This document shows positions 57,465-64,000 of a stretch of 64,000 nt of DNA, one piece after another. The notes below the pieces were generated by a model. The model saw only the letters and a program-made list of their open reading frames with translations, was not told the DNA's origin and made no database searches. The translations under genes were made by a program, and so were the position numbers. How positions within the stretch are numbered: position 1 is the stretch's first letter; every line of letters begins with the position of its first letter. This stretch comes from Octopus vulgaris (Eukaryota). The DNA lies in NCBI GenBank assembly GCA_951406725.2, contig OX597821.1:111414001-111478000 (forward strand), written 5' to 3'.

Positions 57465-57838
57465 TATTCCTTTCTAATCTAGGCACAAGGCCCGAAATTT
57501 TGAGGGAGGGGGCCAGTCGATTAGATCGATCCTAGTACGCAATTGATACTTAATTTATCGACCCCGAAATGATGAAATGCAAAGTCGACCTCGGCGGAAT
57601 TTGAAACATACGATGAATTATTAGCTCTAAAAAAACGCCATTATCACCTGTTTGACTTCATTTGCACCGTACCAATGGTCGTGTAAAATATTGGTTTAAA
57701 ATTCTGGCACAATGCCGGTAATTTCGTAGGTGTAGTTAAGTCGGTTACATAGATCCCAGTATTCAACTGGTACTTATTTTATCGACCCTGAAAAAATGAA
57801 AAGCGAAGTGGATGGAATGCCAATCATTCTGCCAGCCT
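57465..57838 (-). mobile_element. Two SINE B1 copies
   Basis: GGCACAAGGCCCGAAATTT..TATCGACCCCGAAA..AAAGTCGACCTCGGCGGAATTTGAA. Confidence 0.8.
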
Positions 57839-58162
57839 GCGAAAATGGCAAGAGTAAATGGTACCTCTCTAAGTATAGGCCTGTAAATCGGAGAGAAAGG
57901 ATTGGAGAGGGCACTTGCTCCTAGGGTTTCAGAGAAATCTCTGACAGTGGGGCTCCTCGATTATCCTTAGAGGTGTTCCCGAATCAGGAGGGCCACATCT
58001 CTATCATCCTTCTCACCCTTTTTTTTGCACCTTTGTATGCTATGCTTATGTCCCTTCTTTCCCAGTGTATACCGTATATAATTTTTTTATCATTTCATTA
58101 TTATATGTAAACCCCAAACTTTTTGTCCCCCCCACCCTTCGCCCTTGTGGCAAATAAATGAA

Positions 58163-58163
<1 letters not shown>
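57839..58163 (+). mobile_element. Tx1/L1-like 3' end followed by (TTA)n
   Basis: AKMARVNGTSLSIGL*, homologous to the C-terminus at 23048-23116; tail GCCCTTGTGGCAAATAAATGAAA. Confidence 0.6.
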
Positions 58164-58249
<86 letters not shown>

Positions 58250-58251
58250 TT

Positions 58252-58747
58252 TGAGAGAGCAGTGCATGCCATCAAAGAGACAATGGGGTTAAATATACGA
58301 AGCCCAGTATACCCATCATGACTACCCGTCTGATAAGGGTACACTAGGCACATACACCACAACCACATGTGCGCGACATGGTGATCACATATCAAGAAAA
58401 ACAGTGCATGACCTTGCAGTTGGGGCTCAGTTAGAATTTTCTTCTGGTCGAGTAACCCATCCTGCTCAAAAGGTCCCTGAATAAGGATTGTTTAAGGATG
58501 TTGAACGAAAAACCCATGTTTCCAGGGGTGAATTATCCAAACCTCAAAGAATCCCTCTCAACACATAGCTATGATGCTCCCCCACTACTTCTCCTTGTGA
58601 TCAGAGATGCACATATCGTCAGCCACTAAGGGCCATGCTCAACTGGTTATGGTCAAACAACTGACAAGCAAATCTGTGGTATTGAGCAGAATATTTGCTG
58701 TAGCCCATCTTTATCCATGAGAGCCACTGCCTGGTACTGCATCGGGG

Positions 58748-58751
<4 letters not shown>
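58252..58751 (-). mobile_element. Element X, both ends present, small internal deletion
   Basis: Reverse complement AATGCCCCGATGCAGTACCAGGCAG..GCACTGCTCTCTCA between (AAT)n tracts. Confidence 0.88.
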
Positions 58752-58787
<36 letters not shown>

Positions 58788-58811
58788 ATTATAATTATTA
58801 TTATTATTATT

Positions 58812-59653
58812 CAGTAGTTTTATTTTTATTTTTATAGCGTGCTTTCACTTCACTACCGAGCGCAGCTCTGTGTGCCTTGGGTATGTGCTGTGATTTGTTG
58901 TGATGCTCTGATGGTTATTGTATGGAAAGTGTTCTGCGTAGGATGTGTGCAGTGCCTAGTAGTGCAATTTTCTGTATGTTATATGTGTTTGTAAGTCCTG
59001 GTGTTTTTGTTATGTATTTGTCTGAATATTTTTTTATCATGCCTAATGCACCTACTATGATAGGAATTGTTTCTGTTTTCAGATTCCACATTCTAGTTAC
59101 CTCTATTTCCAGGTCTTTGTATTTTGAGAGTTTCTCCATTTCTTTTAGAGACACGTTGTCATCTGCCGGTACTGATACATCAATTAGAAAGCATTTTTTT
59201 CTTCATGGTCTCTGACAACTATATCTGGTCTGTTGGCCTTAATTTCTCTATCTGTGTGTATCGGCATATCCCAGAGTATGGTTGCTTTCTCGTTTTCTGT
59301 GACCTTTTCTGGTGTGTGCCTATACCATCTTTTTTCTGTTGTTATTCCATAATGTTGGCATAGCTTCCAATGTATGTAAGTTCCAACTCTGTCATGTCTG
59401 TGAATATATTCCTTCTTAGCCAGGACTGGGCAGCTAGAGATAATATGATTTATTGTTTCTTGTCCATCTCCACGTATTCTGCAGTTACTTGTAATATTTC
59501 TTTTCATTACATGTTTTTGGTAATTTCTGGTGGGGAGGCTTTGGTCTTGTGCTGCAATTAAAAATCCCTCTGTTTCTGCTTTGAGTCCTGAGCTTCTCAA
59601 CCATTGCTGGGATTTTTCTTTGTCTATTTCTTTGCGTTTAGTTTAGTCCAGTA
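58812..59653 (-). mobile_element. RLE-type LINE family R-a (R4/Dong-like), 5' truncated: zinc knuckle plus restriction-like endonuclease
   Basis: WLRSSGLKAETEGFLIAAQDQSL..CRI(R)GDGQETINHIISSC..RHD..RPDIVV..IDVS..K..KY; one frameshift in an A-run; (AAT)n on both sides. Confidence 0.92.
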
Positions 59654-59927
<274 letters not shown>

Positions 59928-60228
59928 TTGTTATATTAGTGGTATCTGCTTCGTATGTCTCCGTTTTGCAGTAATTACACTTTATACCAGCGCAAACCTC
60001 AACTCCACTTACATGGAAAGCATAAACACGTCATTTTACATATAAACTACATCCTACGTCGACCAATGAACAAATAATATAAATATATCGTCGGTCTCTA
60101 GTTACTAATAGGAGCCAATAAATATTAGTAATGAGGCTGAATTTGATCATCATATTTGTACACGGGATGTATATACATACCATTCGTATTTGGGTGTATG
60201 TATGTAAAAATATATGTATGTATGTAAG

Positions 60229-60262
<34 letters not shown>

Positions 60263-60818
60263 TGTATGTATGTATGTATGTATGTCTGTCTGTATGTATG
60301 TATGTATGCATGCATAAGTGGATGTATGTATGGATATCTGTGTGTATGTCTGTGTGTATGTATGTATGTATGTATGTATGTGTGTGTATGTATGTATGTA
60401 TCTATGTATTTATGTATGCATGCATGTGTGTATGTGTGGGATGTATGTATGGATGTTTGTGTGTATGTCTGTGTGTATGTCTGTGCGTGTATGTATGTTT
60501 GTATCTATGTATGTATGCATGCGTGTATGTATGTATGTATGTATGTATGCATGCGTGTGTGTATGTGTGGATGTATGTATGGATGTCTGTGTGTATGTCT
60601 GTGTATGTATGTATGTTTGTATGTATATGTGAGTGTGTGTATGATGTGTGTGTATGTATGTGTGCGTGTGTATATGTATGTATGCATAAACATTCTAACA
60701 TACATATACCTTTTAGTTATGATAAACGAAACTGTACTCTTAGTATTTGCATTCATATATATATATATATATGCATACATACATACATACATACATACAT
60801 ACATACATACATACATAA

Positions 60819-60927
<109 letters not shown>

Positions 60928-61212
60928 TGTTGAATCCAATCTGTGGAGTGTGTAAGAGAAAGAGAGAGCGAGACAGGGAGTGACACCGAGAGAAAGAGAG
61001 AGGAAGAGAGAAATTATGAGGCGCACCAATTTATATATTTCTTCACTTACGAAAAGCAATAATGAATACACATAATTTCATATATCATATGTAAATGATA
61101 TATTTATTTTAAAGGTATATATAGAATGCATACGCGCGCGCTCACAGGCACTTGAATTAAGAAGAAAAGAAAGTACTCAATATTTGTGGAAGATATATAT
61201 ATATATATATAT

Positions 61213-61330
61213 TCGACAAAATGAGATAACAAAGCCAAGGCTGTGAGGAGTTTTCAGGACATTTATAAGGAAAAAGATATAGATATAGTCTTACAGCTGT
61301 TTCTGGGATATTATGGATATCCCTTCATAT
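61213..61330 (-). mobile_element. Penelope-type terminal fragment with 5'-clipped hammerhead, ending in (TA)n
   Basis: Reverse complement ATGAA-GGGATAT-CCATA-ATATCCC-A-GAAAC-AGCT-GTA-AGAC. Confidence 0.55.
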
Positions 61331-61384
61331 TATGGGATATCATGGGTATCCTAATATATATGGTTATCCCTCTGTGTGTGTGTA

Positions 61385-61415
<31 letters not shown>

Positions 61416-61424
61416 GTAATATTA

Positions 61425-62720
61425 TAGGTCCCTTTGATGTTAGCAAGGTCATGGAACAAATTGACCGAATGATGTTGATTACGTTCCTAGAAGAAAATAA
61501 CTTTCTCACAGACACAGAATATGGTTTCAATCCGGGCAGGAGCTGTCTCACACAGCTGCCACGCCATTTTGAATGGGTCCTGAAACAACAGCTCAACCCT
61601 TCAAATGTGGATGTGATTGATATATGTCGACTTCGCTGAGACTTCGACAAAGTTAATCATGTGATATGTCACAAACCGCTTGGCCTTGATATCATTGAAA
61701 AACTAGGCGAGAGGCAGCATAACTTTTCAAGGCAGACATCTGACAGTTGTAGCCAATGGCGCTTTCTCTAAGGAGACAAACATTTTCAGTGGAATCCCTC
61801 CAGGAATTGAACTCGATCCACTACTGTTTAAACTGGTTCTCTCAGCCATGCTCTCAGCCAGACACTCTCACCAGCTATGCTGATGATACAAAAGCATATC
61901 AGTCGGCCATCGATCCTGTTGATATCCTAAAGCTGCTGAAAGACCTGAATACAATGTACAAATAGGCTGATAAAAATAATATGCAGTTCAATGCTGAAAA
62001 GTTCCAAGTACTCCACCACCAGCTCATAAACAGAGTCCAGTAGACGTAGGACCAGTGGGTTGTGCAAGCACTCAACTATTGGCCCACGAAAAAAATACAA
62101 TACACAGGACTAGCGGGTAGTGCAATACCAGAGTCAGGGTCGGCACCTGACCCAGAGTCGGTACCTGACCCGAGAATCCACATGAAAAATGATTCCACAT
62201 TCTGTGTGTATATTTCCGAGATGGCAACACTGCAGGCGAGCAGCTAGATGAATTTTGAGATTATTGAGAACCAGAAATAAGGATATCATGGTACTCTTAT
62301 GGAGAACTTTCGTTCATAGTCATCTGAATTATTGTTCCTAAATGTGTTCAGCACAGAGCGTCGTCAAACTGATGGCAGGAATCGGGGCAACCCAGCGCCG
62401 TTACACTAAGAAGATTGAGCCACCGAAACAGATGAGTTACTGGGAGAGGCTAAAGAATTGAAGCTCTACTCCTTAGGGAGGCGACATATGGAAGAGTGTG
62501 GAAGGTGCCAAACCACCCGTTTTATACATCTAGAATAAGGGCCCAGTATTGTAACAGTTCGGGCTTCAAAGGCCCACAACTATTCAACATCTTGATACTC
62601 GACCTCAGAGATCTACTAGGTGTAGATGAATATGTTTTCAAAGAACGCTTGGCAATATTTATCTGAGATGCCAGATGAACCCACATCGCGGTGGAAGACG
62701 CGAAGGAGAGCAGATCTGTT
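61425..62720 (+). pseudogene. LINE reverse transcriptase remnant, CR1/L2/Jockey group
   Basis: SKVMEQI..FLEENNFLTDTEYGFNPGRSCLTQL..FDKVNH..SYADDTK..DL..NNMQFNAEKFQVL..LWRTFVHSHLNYCS..LYSL. Confidence 0.9.
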
Positions 62721-62854
62721 CAACTCGCTTTTTCACTAGAAACAATCCAGGAAGGAGAACTAATCATACAAAAGGCTGTGCCACAGTATGGCCTTAGCCT
62801 CAAGTCGAAATCAGTAAATGCATATCTATGGATATATATATATGAATATATATA

Positions 62855-62988
62855 CTTCTTTACTACCCACAAGGGGCTAAACACAGAGGGGACAAACAAG
62901 GACAGACAAAGGGATTCAGTCGATTACATCGACCCCAGTGCGTAACTGGTACTTAATTTATCGACCCCGAAAGGATGAAAGGCAAAGT
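62855..62988 (-). mobile_element. SINE family B2 3' half
   Basis: TTCTTTACTACCCACAAGGGGCTAAACACAGAGGGGAC..GAAAGGATGAAAGGCAAAG. Confidence 0.85.
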
Positions 62989-63128
62989 ACACACACACAC
63001 ACACACATACATACATACATATACATACACAAGCACACAAACACTCACACACACACACACATATATATATTTATATGTAGATATGGATATATATATGTAT
63101 ACATATATTTATATATGAATATATATAT

Positions 63129-63178
<50 letters not shown>

Positions 63179-63180
63179 GT

Positions 63181-63253
<73 letters not shown>

Positions 63254-64000
63254 TATACACATATATACATACGTGCATATATATATATATATATCCAGTC
63301 AAAAGCTCTGGCAATTTCCTTAAATAATTACAACGAAAAGTGAGCATAAAAATAAAAATATATAAGAAAAAATAATAAAGAAAGAAAAACACAAAAAGTG
63401 GTCGTTAGTGTCATTGAAGACAGCATTTTAGGAAAAAAAATATTGGTTTTTCTATAAGGAGTTCTTAATTGAAAATGGCGAAATTCCAAAATCTTTGATC
63501 GCATCGTCTCAAACAGCAAGTCACAAAAGATAAATGGTTAGTATTTGTGTAAAACAGAATCAACGAAAGATTATTCTGCAGAATAGAATACCTTTAACCA
63601 AATTCTTTGAAGCTTATATCAGAAGGTGGTTGCTATAGTTTACTCAAGCGTGACAACCGAACGGAATGGAATTGGATAAGATAGCCGTCAACATAACGTC
63701 TGGAGAAAATGAGGAAGAAAAAAAATAGAGAAAATATTAAATGAAGAAAAAGAAAAAAATATGATGTTAGTGATGGAGGTGTTCTCATCAAAGAATAACA
63801 GATTTGTCAGTTGAAAATCATATTATGAGATTCTTTCTTCACTTAAATCACTTGGGAGAAAAAAATAGATGGCTCTGCAATATTAATCAATGTAATTAAC
63901 AATGTTTTGGTATAATTATGTCACAGCTATAGCTTATAATTATTTATGCAAAAGATTGGCGCTAAGGCTAGGCTTGCTCGCATGCAATACTAACTCTGTA

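Overview
Eukaryotic, AT-rich, microsatellite-saturated intergenic or intronic DNA. The repeat repertoire (tRNA-headed CORE/Meta-type SINEs, very long TA/CA/AAT/GATA tracts) points to an octopus genome; this is inference. I cannot support any host protein-coding exon, and almost all ORFs in the track are microsatellite artefacts. The real coding remnants all come from retrotransposons: two RLE-type (R4/Dong-like) LINE families, Tx1/L1 fragments, CR1/L2-group APE and RT fragments, and Penelope GIY-YIG C-termini. There are also four SINE families and three MITEs. The most interesting signal is a set of retroelements that appear to partition the microsatellites as targets. (i) Penelope-type terminal repeats carrying minimal hammerhead ribozymes sit at (TA)n, often as head-to-head inversions, and one inversion breaks exactly at the predicted cleavage site. 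(ii) Dong-like LINEs and an unexplained ~550-nt non-coding, non-tRNA retroposon sit in (AAT)n. (iii) Tx1 3' ends sit in (GATA)n and next to (TTA)n. (iv) A SINE carrying a Tx1-like tail inserts at GGTAT, including into its own relatives. All alignments and folds were done by eye, and boundaries are approximate unless junction bases are quoted.
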